A stretch of 64,000 bases of DNA from an uncultured Pelagibacteraceae bacterium. GTDB taxonomy: Bacteria; Pseudomonadota; Alphaproteobacteria; Pelagibacterales; Pelagibacteraceae. The notes under the pieces were generated by a model. The model made no database searches, was not told the origin of the DNA, and saw only the letters and a program-made list of their open reading frames with translations. Below are positions 33,955 through 46,657 of this stretch, piece after piece (position 1 is the first letter of the stretch; each line of letters opens with the position of its first letter). Where the stretch lies: the NCBI GenBank assembly GCA_902564385.1, contig CACFAT010000003.1, forward strand, positions 34,039 through 98,038, in the 5' to 3' direction. The position numbers and the translations under genes were made by a program.

Positions 33955-33992
33955 AGCGAAATTTTAAACATCTTCACAATTGAGAGTATAAA

Positions 33993-34547
33993 TTGAGCGA
34001 AAATAAAATATCAATAACTTCTAATAACAGTTATGCTCAAGCATTATTTGAGCTGGCTAACGAAGATAAATCTCTAACAAAAGTAGAGGAACAAGTAGTT
34101 GCAATTAGTAGACTCATAAATGAAAGTGAAGAATTTAGATATTTAATCAAAAACCCTACGACTAGCATTGAGGATTTAACTAAAGTTATTGAAACAATTT
34201 CTGAAAAAAACAATTTTGATAATCTTTTAAAAAGATTTCTAGTTTTTTTAATTCAAAAAAGAAGATTTTTTTATTTAAAAAAAATTTTAAGTGACTTTAT
34301 AGAGGTATGTTCGAAAGCTAGAGGTGAAATAAAAGCAGAGCTTTTTTCAGCTAAAGAACTTAATGAAACAGATATTTCTAAAATTAAAGAAGAGCTATCT
34401 CAAAACTTTGGAGCAAAGATACAGTTAAATTATAAATATGACCAAAGTTTAATTGGTGGCTTGGTATTAAAAGTAGGAAGTACAATGGTAGATAATTCTA
34501 TTAAAAATAAACTGCAACAAATTCAAAAACAAATGATAGAGGCATAA
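33993..34547 (+). CDS. atpH: ATP synthase F1 delta subunit (TTG start)
   Basis: YAQALF, DQSLIGGLVLKVGSTMVDNSIK; precedes atpA. Confidence 0.95.
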   Translation: MSENKISITSNNSYAQALFELANEDKSLTKVEEQVVAISRLINESEEFRYLIKNPTTSIEDLTKVIETISEKNNFDNLLKRFLVFLIQKRRFFYLKKILSDFIEVCSKARGEIKAELFSAKELNETDISKIKEELSQNFGAKIQLNYKYDQSLIGGLVLKVGSTMVDNSIKNKLQQIQKQMIEA

Positions 34548-36068
34548 ATGGAAATAAATCCTTCAGAAGTAACAAAAATATTAAAAGAACAGATAAAAAA
34601 ACTTGGCGATAGAGCTGAGGTTTCAGAGGTCGGACAAGTATTGTCTGTTGGAGATGGAATTGCAAGAATTTATGGCTTGGATAATGTTCAAGCAGGAGAA
34701 ATGGTTGAGTTTTCTGATGGCTCTAAAGGAATGGCGTTAAACTTAGAGAGTGACAACGTTGGTGTTGTTATATTTGGCGATGATAGAGAAATTAAAGAGG
34801 GCGATACTGTAAAAAGAACTGGTGCGATTGTTGATGTACCAGTTGGAAAACAACTTTTAGGAAGAGTTGTTGATGGATTAGGAAATCCAATTGATGGAAA
34901 AGGAGCTTTAGATAAAAGTTTAGAAAGAAAAAGAGTTGAAGTTAAAGCTCCAGGAATTATTCCACGACAATCAGTTGGAGAACCAATGCAAACAGGTTTA
35001 AAAGCAATTGATAGCTTAATTCCTGTTGGAAGAGGGCAAAGAGAACTTATAATTGGAGATCGTCAAACTGGTAAAACCGCAGTAGCTATCGATACAATTA
35101 TCAATCAAAAGAAAATTAATGAGTCAGACGATGAAAGTAAAAAACTTTATTGTATATATGTTGCAATTGGACAAAAAAGATCAACTGTTGCTCAGATTGT
35201 AAAAACTTTAGAGGATGCTGGTGCAATGGAATATACGACTATAGTTTCCGCAACAGCCTCAGACTCTGCGCCTCTTCAGTTTTTAGCTCCTTACACAGGG
35301 TGTACTATGGGAGAATATTTTAGAGATAATGGAATGCACGCTTTAATTATTTATGATGATTTATCTAAGCAAGCAGTTGCATATAGACAAATGTCATTAT
35401 TATTAAGAAGACCACCGGGGCGTGAAGCATATCCTGGAGATGTGTTTTATTTACATAGTAGATTATTAGAAAGAGCTGCCAAATTAAGCGATGAAAATGG
35501 TGGGGGTTCTTTAACTGCGCTACCAATTATTGAAACACAAGCAGGCGATGTCTCTGCATACATTCCAACAAATGTAATATCTATTACAGATGGACAAATA
35601 TTTCTAGAAACTGAACTATTCAATCAAGGAATAAGACCAGCAGTAAACGTTGGATTATCAGTATCTAGAGTAGGATCAGCTGCACAAACTAAAGCGATGA
35701 AATCTGTGGCTGGATCAATTAAATTAGAGTTAGCTCAATACAGAGAAATGGCAGCTTTTGCTCAATTTGGATCTGATTTAGATGCATCTACACAAAAACT
35801 TTTAAATAGAGGTTCGAAGTTAACTGAACTTTTAAAACAAGGACAGTATTCTCCCATGACAGTTGCAGAACAAGTTATATCAATTTTCTGTGGCGTAAAA
35901 GGTTATTTGGATGATATTGAACTTAAAGATGTAGCAGACTTTGAAAATAAAGTTCTACAAAAGTGTAAATCTGATAAGCCTGAGATTATGGAGTCTATTG
36001 CCAAAACTGGGAAGATCGAGGAAGACATTGAAAAACAATTAGTAGAATTAATTAAAGGAATTAAATAA
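34548..36068 (+). CDS. atpA: ATP synthase F1 alpha subunit
   Basis: [31 protein letters not shown]. Confidence 0.99.
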   Translation: MEINPSEVTKILKEQIKKLGDRAEVSEVGQVLSVGDGIARIYGLDNVQAGEMVEFSDGSKGMALNLESDNVGVVIFGDDREIKEGDTVKRTGAIVDVPVGKQLLGRVVDGLGNPIDGKGALDKSLERKRVEVKAPGIIPRQSVGEPMQTGLKAIDSLIPVGRGQRELIIGDRQTGKTAVAIDTIINQKKINESDDESKKLYCIYVAIGQKRSTVAQIVKTLEDAGAMEYTTIVSATASDSAPLQFLAPYTGCTMGEYFRDNGMHALIIYDDLSKQAVAYRQMSLLLRRPPGREAYPGDVFYLHSRLLERAAKLSDENGGGSLTALPIIETQAGDVSAYIPTNVISITDGQIFLETELFNQGIRPAVNVGLSVSRVGSAAQTKAMKSVAGSIKLELAQYREMAAFAQFGSDLDASTQKLLNRGSKLTELLKQGQYSPMTVAEQVISIFCGVKGYLDDIELKDVADFENKVLQKCKSDKPEIMESIAKTGKIEEDIEKQLVELIKGIK

Positions 36069-36074
36069 TCATAA

Positions 36075-38379
<2,305 letters not shown>

Positions 38380-38380
<1 letters not shown>

Positions 38381-38778
38381 TGAGTAATCTTTTTAATATA
38401 GATATTGTTAATCCAGAACAGTCTTTTCTTTCTAAAGACAATGTATTTGAGGTTGTAATACCTGCTGTAGAAGGAGAGATTGGTATTCTTAGAGACCATA
38501 TTCCAATTATCTCTTTTTTAAAACCAGGTATAATTAGAGTATTCTCTGAGTCTGAGGAACAAAGTTTTTATGTTGAAGATGGTATTGTCGAATTTAAAGA
38601 CAATACATTATCTGTATTAACTAGTTCAATTTTTGATTTAAAGGATGCTGATAAAAATTTTGTATCTGAGTCGATAAGCAGTGCTGAAGCAGAATTATCA
38701 AAAGATAATATCGATGATCAAAAAAGATTTCTTTTAAACCACAAAGTCGAAGTTCTAAAATCTATAAGTATTAATTAA
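38380..38778 (+). CDS. atpC: ATP synthase F1 epsilon subunit
   Basis: DIVNPE, PAVEGEIGILRDHIP, LKPG; follows atpD. Confidence 0.94.
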
Positions 38779-39247
38779 CTACTTTTTCTAGTTCTTTTTG
38801 AATTTCTTGGTAAACATGAAGTTTAAAATCTACAACTTTAGTTGTTAAATCTTTAATATCTATCCATTTCCAATCTAAAAATTCAGGATTTTTAGTTTTA
38901 ATGTTAATCTCATTTTCCTCTCCATTAAATTTTACAATAAACCACTTTTGCTTTTGGCCTTTATATTTTCCTTTCCAAATAATTCCTAAAAGGCGATCAG
39001 GAAGATCGTAAGTTGTGTATTTGCTTATTTCTTTAACTAGTTCTACTGACTTTATGCTTGTTTCTTCTTTAAGTTCCCTCAACGCTGCATCAAAATAATT
39101 TTCACCTTCATCAATACCGCCCTGAGGCATCTGCCAAAAATCAGCAGGATTATCAATTCTTTTTGCAACAAATATCTTATTTTCTTTATTTAAGACTGCG
39201 ATGCCTACACCATTTCTTAATGGGAGGTTTTGAAATTTTTCTTTCAT
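38771..39247 (-). CDS. rppH: RNA pyrophosphohydrolase (Nudix)
   Basis: WQMPQGGIDEGENYFDAALRELKEETS Nudix box, KGQKQKWF. Confidence 0.95.
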   Translation of the reverse strand: MKEKFQNLPLRNGVGIAVLNKENKIFVAKRIDNPADFWQMPQGGIDEGENYFDAALRELKEETSIKSVELVKEISKYTTYDLPDRLLGIIWKGKYKGQKQKWFIVKFNGEENEINIKTKNPEFLDWKWIDIKDLTTKVVDFKLHVYQEIQKELEKVVN

Positions 39248-39249
39248 TC

Positions 39250-40383
39250 TTAACCATTTAATAATTTAAGAGCAAATTCCAACTGGTTATCGGTATCTGT
39301 ATTTATTCTAAATTCATCTGAACCTTCAGCAATAACTATATCTGGGTTTACACCTACTCTTGAAATCGATTTACCTGATGGAAGATAGTATTTAGATACA
39401 GTAAGTCTTATGGCACCTTCATTTTCTAAAGGAATAATTGATTGGACTGACCCTTTTCCATATGTACTCTCTCCTACTAATATTGCTCTTTTGTGATCTT
39501 GTAGTGCTCCTGCAACAATTTCAGATGCTGATGCAGACCCATAATTAATCAAAATAACCATTGTTTCTCCATCAATTATATCTCCTTTTTTTGCAAACCA
39601 TTTTCTATTTTCATATTTTCTTTTACTTTTTGTTGAAACTATTTCTCCATTTTCTAAAAAATAATCTGAAATTTTTATTGCTTGAGATAACAGTCCACCA
39701 GGATTATTTCTTAAATCTAATATGTAATTTTTAATTTTCTTATTTTTCTTAAATTCTTTGATTTTATTTTTTATTTGTTTACTACTATTCTCATTGAATG
39801 ATGTTAATCTTATATAAGCTGTTTGATCATCTTTAATTTCTGACTTTACAGATGCAACTTGTATAATTTCTCTTGTAATTGTAAATATAAGTGCTTTTCT
39901 TTCTCCCCTTCTTCTAACAGTAATTTCAATATCAGATCCAACTGGGCCTCTCATTAATTCTACAGCCTCAGAAAGAGTTTTTCCTTGAACTTGAACATCA
40001 TCGATTTTAACAATGTAATCTCCAGCTTTAACACCAACCTCCTCAGCTGGTGAGTTATCAATTGGAGAAATTACTTTTACGACACCAGCCTCCATACTGA
40101 CTTCAATTCCCAATCCTCCAAATTCTCCGCTAGTCTCAGTTTGCATATTTTTAAACGAGTCTGGTGACATATATGCTGAATAGGGATCCAAAGATTGCAA
40201 AACACCGTTTATAGCAGCATCCATTGCTTCACTCTGATTTACTTCATCAACATATTCTTTATTAATTTTATCTAATACTTCACTGAATAAATCAATTTTT
40301 TTGTAAATATCGTTTTCATTACTCAAAATTGGATTTGTAAATATAAAAAAAAATAAAGAAGTTATTAAGTATACTTTTTTCAT
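39250..40383 (-). CDS. ctpA: Carboxyl-terminal processing protease (S41)
   Basis: Signal peptide, LDPYS, GGLGIEV PDZ, DLRNNPGG, SASASEIVAGALQD, TYGKGSVQ. Confidence 0.95.
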   Translation of the reverse strand: MKKVYLITSLFFFIFTNPILSNENDIYKKIDLFSEVLDKINKEYVDEVNQSEAMDAAINGVLQSLDPYSAYMSPDSFKNMQTETSGEFGGLGIEVSMEAGVVKVISPIDNSPAEEVGVKAGDYIVKIDDVQVQGKTLSEAVELMRGPVGSDIEITVRRRGERKALIFTITREIIQVASVKSEIKDDQTAYIRLTSFNENSSKQIKNKIKEFKKNKKIKNYILDLRNNPGGLLSQAIKISDYFLENGEIVSTKSKRKYENRKWFAKKGDIIDGETMVILINYGSASASEIVAGALQDHKRAILVGESTYGKGSVQSIIPLENEGAIRLTVSKYYLPSGKSISRVGVNPDIVIAEGSDEFRINTDTDNQLEFALKLLNG

Positions 40384-40730
40384 ATGATCAGTTTTTCTTT
40401 AGGAATTAATTCTGACCACATTTTTTCTAATTCGTAAAATTTTCTTTTTTCAGGATTAAAAATATGAACTATTAAGTCTATTCCATCTACAAGCTTCCAA
40501 TCATTGCTATCTTTTCCTTCAATCTTACAATTATTCACACCATTAATTTTTAGTTTTTCAAAAACTTGTTCGGATAATGCTTGAATATGTCTTGATGATG
40601 TACCACTAGCTATAATCATGAAGTCCGCAACTGATGATTTACCTTCGAGATCTATTGAAACTATGTCTAAGGCTTTATTAATATCAAGCGTTTTGATTAT
40701 TTCATCTTTAAGAGCTGATATTTTTTCCAT
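40380..40730 (-). CDS. rsfS: Ribosome silencing factor
   Basis: DFMIIASGTSSRH, WKLVD, VHIF, RKFYELEKMW. Confidence 0.95.
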   Translation of the reverse strand: MEKISALKDEIIKTLDINKALDIVSIDLEGKSSVADFMIIASGTSSRHIQALSEQVFEKLKINGVNNCKIEGKDSNDWKLVDGIDLIVHIFNPEKRKFYELEKMWSELIPKEKLII

Positions 40731-40747
40731 TAATTAAATAAAGAGTA

Positions 40748-41290
40748 TCAAATTTTTCTTAATTGAGAAGATGAAATATTGACTTTATTAAACTTTATAA
40801 ATTCAACTGCTTTTTTATTATATTTCTTAAATGATTTAGATCTAAAAGCCTTTGATTTGTATCCATTTCGATCAAATACCAATATTTTGCACATTTTAGT
40901 TATTGAATTGTACCCTTTCCATTTATGAAAATTTATTAGGTTATCGGCCCCCATTAAAAAAAATATTTCTGAATGCTTAAATTTTTTTTTTAAATATTTA
41001 ATTAAATCTACTGTACGATTAGATTTTATTATTTCTTCAAAACATTTAACTTTTATAAATTTATTATTTTTATTAATTTTTTTTGCATAAGCTGTTCTTT
41101 TATATAGATCATTTGGATTATTTTTTTTAAATGGATTTTGTTTTGTTATAGCCCATATAACCTGGCTCAAATCATAATTTTTTTTTGCTAATTTAGAAAT
41201 TCTTACATGACCAACATGCGCTGGATCAAACGATCCACCGAGTACACCAATCTTTTTATTTTCTAATTTGCCCTGTACCATAAACTTCAT
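40748..41290 (-). CDS. nadD: Nicotinate-nucleotide adenylyltransferase (start may be second Met at 41281)
   Basis: GGSFDPAHVGH, LMGADNL, HKWK, ISSSQLR. Confidence 0.93.
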   Translation of the reverse strand: MKFMVQGKLENKKIGVLGGSFDPAHVGHVRISKLAKKNYDLSQVIWAITKQNPFKKNNPNDLYKRTAYAKKINKNNKFIKVKCFEEIIKSNRTVDLIKYLKKKFKHSEIFFLMGADNLINFHKWKGYNSITKMCKILVFDRNGYKSKAFRSKSFKKYNKKAVEFIKFNKVNISSSQLRKI

Positions 41291-42503
41291 ATTTATAACT
41301 TACTAACTGATTTAGACCGACAGGACCTCTTGGTGGCAAGGTGTTTGTTGAAATTCCAACCTCTCCACCAAAACCAAATTCTCCTCCGTCAGCAAATTGT
41401 GTTGATGAATTTTGAATAGCAATAGAGCTTTTTACATTCTTAATAAAGAATTTTGCTATATTTTTGTTTTTGGTTACTATTGCATCTGTATGCATAGTTC
41501 CATATTTGTTGATATGGGCAACTGCTTCTTTGACATTATTCACTAATTTAACTGAAATAATCGGTGAAAGATGTTCTTTTGACCAAGTATTATTATTTGC
41601 AGGATATGTTTTGCCTTTAAATAATTTACTTATTTTTTTATCAGCTAAAATTTTACAACCGCTTTTAGCTAGTGAATTTAAAATTAAATTCACTGATTTC
41701 GATTTACTTTTATGTATTAAGAGAGTTTCAGTTGCACCACATATACTAGTATTTCTCAACTTAGCATTTAATACTATTTTGTTTGCCATATTATCTTCTG
41801 CCTCTTTATCAATATATGTATGACAAATTCCTTCCAAATGACCAATAACTGGAACCTTTGAAAGTTGTTTAACTTTTTTTACTAAATTTTTTCCGCCTCG
41901 TGGTATTACAACATCAATGGAGTTTTCCATTTTTGATAATAAATAATCTACGAGTTTTCTGCTCTTGTTATTTATAAACTGGACATAATTTTCGTTTACT
42001 TTATTTTTTTTTAGAGCTTTCCTAAATAAATTTACTAAAATTTTATTACTATTGTAGGCTTCGGAACCACCTCTTAATATAACAGCATTTCCAGATTTAA
42101 AACATAGTGCTGATACATCCGAAGTTACATTGGGTCTACTTTCAAATATTACACCTATAACTCCTATTGGTATTGTAACTCTTCTAATTTCAAGTCCATT
42201 TGGCCTTTTCCATTTGGAAGTTACTTGATCTATAGGATCTTTAAAAGAAGTAATAGTTTTAACAGAGTCAATTATACTTTTTAATTTATTATTACTAAGA
42301 GTGAGTCTTTGAATTAAGTTTTCTTTTAATTTTTTTCCTCTTGCATATAAAATATCTTTCTTATTTTCACTAATAATTTTATTCTTATTAATCTCAATTA
42401 ATTTTACAAAATCTTTTAAAACTTTATTCTTTTTTTTTGGACTAATACTTGAATTCAAAGCTTTTCTAGAATTCAATCCAATTTTTTTAAGTAGTTTACT
42501 CAT
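41256..42503 (-). CDS. proA: Gamma-glutamyl phosphate reductase
   Basis: PIGVIGVIFESRPNVT, LRGGSEA, PRGG, CGATETLL, FADGGEFGFG. Confidence 0.97.
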   Translation of the reverse strand: MSKLLKKIGLNSRKALNSSISPKKKNKVLKDFVKLIEINKNKIISENKKDILYARGKKLKENLIQRLTLSNNKLKSIIDSVKTITSFKDPIDQVTSKWKRPNGLEIRRVTIPIGVIGVIFESRPNVTSDVSALCFKSGNAVILRGGSEAYNSNKILVNLFRKALKKNKVNENYVQFINNKSRKLVDYLLSKMENSIDVVIPRGGKNLVKKVKQLSKVPVIGHLEGICHTYIDKEAEDNMANKIVLNAKLRNTSICGATETLLIHKSKSKSVNLILNSLAKSGCKILADKKISKLFKGKTYPANNNTWSKEHLSPIISVKLVNNVKEAVAHINKYGTMHTDAIVTKNKNIAKFFIKNVKSSIAIQNSSTQFADGGEFGFGGEVGISTNTLPPRGPVGLNQLVSYKYEVYGTGQIRK

Positions 42504-43609
42504 TAAATTTTAACCATATCATCTTTATGTATAACTTCAGACTTTGTAACATAGCCTAAAAGATTACTAATTTTGTTAGAATGTTCTCCTTTTATTTTGG
42601 ATATCTCATCAGATGTAAAACTGCTCAACCCTCTAGCAAATTCTTTGTTATTTTTATCTAAAATTCTAACATGATCACCTTTAACAAATTTTCCTGAAAC
42701 TTTTCTAATACCTGCAGCTAATAAACTTTTTCCATTTTTTAAAGCATTTAAAGCACCATCATCTATAATAATTTCTCCTTTTGGAGATATAGAGCTAATT
42801 ATCCATTTTTTTCTTGCATCTAATTTAGATACTTTTGGCAAAAACCATGTCCCAGAATTATGTTCTAGTATATTTTTAATTGGTCTTTTAATTAAACCAT
42901 TTGCAATAGCCATATAGCAACCCGAGACTTGACATACTTTTGCAGCATCAATTTTCGTTTTCATTCCACCAGTACCATACTCACTTGTGCTTTTACTTGA
43001 AAAATTTTCAATTTTAGAATCAATATTTTTTATTTCTTTAATCAATTTAGCATTTTTATGAATTTTTGGGTTTTTAGAATACAATCCATCAACATCAGAC
43101 AATAATATTAAGCAATCTGCGCCTGATATTTGTGCAACTCTTGATGCTAATCTGTCATTATCTCCGTATTTAATTTCAGAAGTTGCAATACTATCATTTT
43201 CATTAACAACAGGTACAAAATTAAGCTCAAATAAGTTTTCGAAAGTTCTTTTAGCATTTATAGCTCTTCTTCTTTGTTCAGTATCTTCTAAAGTAATTAG
43301 AATTTGAGAAATATTTATTTTATTTGAGCTAAATGTCTTTTTAAAAAGATTAATTAATTCTATTTGTCCAATTGATGCTACAGCTTGACTTTTATCAAGC
43401 TTTAAAGTTTTTTTATTTAATTGTAATTTTTTACACCCTAAAGCAATTGCTCCAGAACTCACTATAACAACGTTCTTTTTAAGTTTTTGTAACCCTTTAA
43501 TATCTTTAGCAAATTCCAAAAGCCATTTTTCTCTAATAATTTTATTGTCATTTATTAATAAAGATGAACCTATTTTTATTACTACAGTTTTGGAGTCCTT
43601 AAGATACAT
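42503..43609 (-). CDS. proB: Glutamate 5-kinase with PUA domain
   Basis: VIKIGSSLL, VSSGAIA, NENDS, GDNDRL, GTGGMKTK. Confidence 0.97.
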   Translation of the reverse strand: MYLKDSKTVVIKIGSSLLINDNKIIREKWLLEFAKDIKGLQKLKKNVVIVSSGAIALGCKKLQLNKKTLKLDKSQAVASIGQIELINLFKKTFSSNKINISQILITLEDTEQRRRAINAKRTFENLFELNFVPVVNENDSIATSEIKYGDNDRLASRVAQISGADCLILLSDVDGLYSKNPKIHKNAKLIKEIKNIDSKIENFSSKSTSEYGTGGMKTKIDAAKVCQVSGCYMAIANGLIKRPIKNILEHNSGTWFLPKVSKLDARKKWIISSISPKGEIIIDDGALNALKNGKSLLAAGIRKVSGKFVKGDHVRILDKNNKEFARGLSSFTSDEISKIKGEHSNKISNLLGYVTKSEVIHKDDMVKI

Positions 43610-44582
43610 AGTTTACCAACTTTGACTTTATATCTGATACTGATTTTTTATCCATTGTTGACATTAAAAAGATATTTTTTTTTAATTTATTCTTGAGTTT
43701 TGTTATCTTCTCTTTTTTTTCCTCTTCATCAATTAAGTCAGTTTTATTTAAAACTACTATTTCTTTTTTTTTAACTAAATCTTTACTGTATTTTGATAAT
43801 TCTTTTCTGACTTGATTGTAAGAAATAAATAAATCATCTTCAGTTATATCTATTAAATGCAGCAAAGTTTTGCACCTTTCTATATGTTTTAAAAACTTTA
43901 TTCCAAGACCAGTTCCGGTATGAGCACCCTCAATTAAGCCTGGTATATCTGCTAAGGTAACTTCTTTGTCATCATAACTAGCAACACCAAGATTTGGATT
44001 AATTGTAGTAAATTTATAGTTTGCTATTTTTGGATTTGCACTCGTCATTGATGCAAGCAAGCTGGATTTTCCAGCATTGGGCAATCCTATGATACCGATA
44101 TCAGCAATTGTTTTTAGTTGAAGCCAAATCCAAAATTCCTCTCCTTGACCCCCTTTTGTAAATTTCTTTGGGGCTCTATTGGTTGAGGACTTAAATCTTG
44201 TATTTCCAAATCCTCCTTTACCTCCGCTTGCTACTAAAAATTCCTCTTTCTGACTTTTAAAATCATAAATAAGTGTTTTATTATCTTCTTCAAATACTTG
44301 TGTTCCTAAAGGTACTTTTAAATATAAATCTTCACCACCTTTCCCAGTTTTGTTTTTTCCGCTGCCATCCTTTCCTCTTTCAGCTTTGAAGTGTTGTTGA
44401 TACCTGTAATCAATCAAAGTATTAAGATTTCTTTCACTAATAAGAATTACAGATCCTCCTTTCCCTCCATCGCCGCCATCAGGGCCACCAAACTCTACAA
44501 ATTTTTCCCTACGAAAACTTGGAGATCCCGACCCTCCGTTGCCAGCTTTTACATATATCTTAACTTGATCTAGAAATTTCAT
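43599..44582 (-). CDS. obgE: Obg family GTPase
   Basis: SFRREKFVEFGGPDGGDGG, GLPNAGKSS, ADIPGLIEGA, NKTD. Confidence 0.98.
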   Translation of the reverse strand: MKFLDQVKIYVKAGNGGSGSPSFRREKFVEFGGPDGGDGGKGGSVILISERNLNTLIDYRYQQHFKAERGKDGSGKNKTGKGGEDLYLKVPLGTQVFEEDNKTLIYDFKSQKEEFLVASGGKGGFGNTRFKSSTNRAPKKFTKGGQGEEFWIWLQLKTIADIGIIGLPNAGKSSLLASMTSANPKIANYKFTTINPNLGVASYDDKEVTLADIPGLIEGAHTGTGLGIKFLKHIERCKTLLHLIDITEDDLFISYNQVRKELSKYSKDLVKKKEIVVLNKTDLIDEEEKKEKITKLKNKLKKNIFLMSTMDKKSVSDIKSKLVNYVS

Positions 44583-44609
44583 ATAACAACTATGTGAATG
44601 TTGTATCTA

Positions 44610-44864
44610 TTAATTGGGCTTTACAGAAACGTAAGTTCTATCAGATTTTGATTTTTTAAACTCTACTTTACCTTTAACAACTGAAAATATCGAATGGTCT
44701 TTACCCATGCCAACATTTTCTCCAGGAAATATTTTAGTTCCCCTTTGTCTTACAATAATGTTGCCAGGCACAACCATTTCGCCACCATATTTTTTAACAC
44801 CAAGTCTACGACCTGCACTATCTCTTCCGTTTCTTGACGATCCACCTGCTTTTTTCGTTGCCAT
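44610..44864 (-). CDS. rpmA: 50S ribosomal protein L27
   Basis: [34 protein letters not shown]. Confidence 0.99.
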   Translation of the reverse strand: MATKKAGGSSRNGRDSAGRRLGVKKYGGEMVVPGNIIVRQRGTKIFPGENVGMGKDHSIFSVVKGKVEFKKSKSDRTYVSVKPN

Positions 44865-44874
44865 AAATTACTTT

Positions 44875-45276
44875 TTATTTAGCTGCTTCCTTAGTTTCAA
44901 CTGTTTTTTTTGATGGTATTTCTTTTCTTTTTTCTGCTTCAGAAATAACTTTACCATCTTTTGAATAGATTTTACTTATTCTTACCATTGTAAATTTTTG
45001 TCTATGACCATTTTTTCTTCTCGAATTTTGCCTTCTCCTTTTTTTAAAAATAAGAACTGTTCTATTTTTTCCATTTTTTATTAATTCAGCTTCAACTTTA
45101 GCTCCACTAATTGTCGGTTCTCCTAATTCTAAATTTTTATCATCTCCGTAAGCTAGTATTTCATTAAACTCTATTTTTGAATTTTCTTTTGAATCTTCGA
45201 GCTTTTCAACTTTGAGAATTTCTCCAGCTTTCACTTTATACTGTTTACCACCTGTTTGAATTACCGCGAATGACAT
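44875..45276 (-). CDS. rplU: 50S ribosomal protein L21 with C-terminal extension
   Basis: FAVIQTGGKQYKV, FKKRRRQNSRRKNGHRQ. Confidence 0.98.
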   Translation of the reverse strand: MSFAVIQTGGKQYKVKAGEILKVEKLEDSKENSKIEFNEILAYGDDKNLELGEPTISGAKVEAELIKNGKNRTVLIFKKRRRQNSRRKNGHRQKFTMVRISKIYSKDGKVISEAEKRKEIPSKKTVETKEAAK

Positions 45277-45302
45277 AGTTAGCCCTAATTTTTATAGTCA
45301 GC

Positions 45303-45330
45303 AATATAGTCTGGGTTGCATCATAGTCAA
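45303..45330 (-). promoter_or_regulatory. Putative sigma70 promoter of rplU-rpmA-obgE operon
   Basis: Minus strand TTGACT-16 nt-TATATT. Confidence 0.55.
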
Positions 45331-45340
45331 GGTTAATAAC

Positions 45341-46060
45341 TTAGAAATTATCCTTTAAATCCCTCAATTTTTTGAAATTTTCTAGATCGTTTGACTTAAG
45401 AAAAATGTTACAATTAAGTTCCTCACCAATCGTTGATGGCATACTAGTTTTACCTTGTTTAATTTTTTCTTTAATTTCTTTAATTTTGTTTAGTAATTCA
45501 TTGTTATTTGAATCTTGTGCTAAACAAAATTCAGAATTCTTTAAAGTATATTCATGTCCACAATAAATTTTTGTATCTTTATCTAAATTTTTTAAAACTT
45601 GTAGTGAGTTGTACATTTGCTCATAACTCCCTTCAAAAATTCTTCCACATCCCATAGAGAATAAAGTATCTCCTGTAAAAATTAACTTATTTTTAAAAAA
45701 ATGAAAACAGATATGACCTATTGTATGGCCAGGGACATGATATATTTTTGCTTCAAAAATATCCTTCTTCCAAATTTCACCATCACTTAAGCAAATATCA
45801 ATTTGAGGTATTCTATTTTTATCTCCAATATAACCTATTACTTCTGCATTAAATTTTTTTTTTAATTCTTTATTCCCACCAACATGGTCATGATGATGAT
45901 GTGTATTTAATATATATTTTAAATTTAATTTATTTTTCTGTAAATAATTTATAATTGGATCTGCTTCACCAGGATCAACAACACAACAATTTCTATTAGC
46001 TTCATTAATTAAAATGTAAGAAAAATTATCTTCCAGACACTTAATAATTTCTACTTTCAT
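45341..46060 (-). CDS. gloB: Hydroxyacylglutathione hydrolase (glyoxalase II)
   Basis: THHHHDHVGG, PGHT, GDTLFSMGCGRIFEG, CGHEYT, LRDLKDNF. Confidence 0.96.
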   Translation of the reverse strand: MKVEIIKCLEDNFSYILINEANRNCCVVDPGEADPIINYLQKNKLNLKYILNTHHHHDHVGGNKELKKKFNAEVIGYIGDKNRIPQIDICLSDGEIWKKDIFEAKIYHVPGHTIGHICFHFFKNKLIFTGDTLFSMGCGRIFEGSYEQMYNSLQVLKNLDKDTKIYCGHEYTLKNSEFCLAQDSNNNELLNKIKEIKEKIKQGKTSMPSTIGEELNCNIFLKSNDLENFKKLRDLKDNF

Positions 46061-46657
46061 TTAACTTTCTATTAAAAATATACCTAAATGAGAGTCAAGA
46101 TTTTTATAATCTAAATTTGATTTATTTATTTCTGAAATTCGACTTTTTTTTAAAGCGATAGACTTAAATATTTTAATATTCTTACTACTGCAAAAATTAT
46201 AAAAATCTTTAATTGTGCACATATGTAAATTTGGTGTATTGTACCATTCATGAGGTAAATTTTCTGTTACAGGCATTGTGCCTTTAAACAATAATTGTAG
46301 TCTAACTCTCCAGTAACCAAAATTAGGTATAGTAACAATTACTTTTTTTCCTACTTTTAGTAATTCATTAATTACTAATTCAGGATTAAGAAAAGCTTGT
46401 AATGTTTGGCTTAAAATAACGTAATCAAAAGACGATTTAGGAAATTGTTTTAAATCGCTTTCAGCATTCCCTTCAATTACAGTTAATCCTTTTGATAAAC
46501 AATTTTGAACTTTTTCTTTAGAAATTTCTAATCCACGAATATCTTTAGTTTTGTTTTCTTGTAAAAATTTCATCAAGTCTCCATTGCCACAACCGACATC
46601 TAGAACTCTAGTATTTTCCTCTATCAAATTAGATATAATGTTAAATTCTTCTTTCAT
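46061..46657 (-). CDS. metW: Methionine biosynthesis protein MetW
   Basis: [39 protein letters not shown]; downstream of metX. Confidence 0.95.
   Translation of the reverse strand: MKEEFNIISNLIEENTRVLDVGCGNGDLMKFLQENKTKDIRGLEISKEKVQNCLSKGLTVIEGNAESDLKQFPKSSFDYVILSQTLQAFLNPELVINELLKVGKKVIVTIPNFGYWRVRLQLLFKGTMPVTENLPHEWYNTPNLHMCTIKDFYNFCSSKNIKIFKSIALKKSRISEINKSNLDYKNLDSHLGIFLIES

Noticed and set aside
44583-44609. Small ACAAC/GTTGT hairpin between rpmA and obgE
   Set aside because: Weak 5-bp AT-rich stem with no U tract; insufficient evidence for a terminator or regulator.
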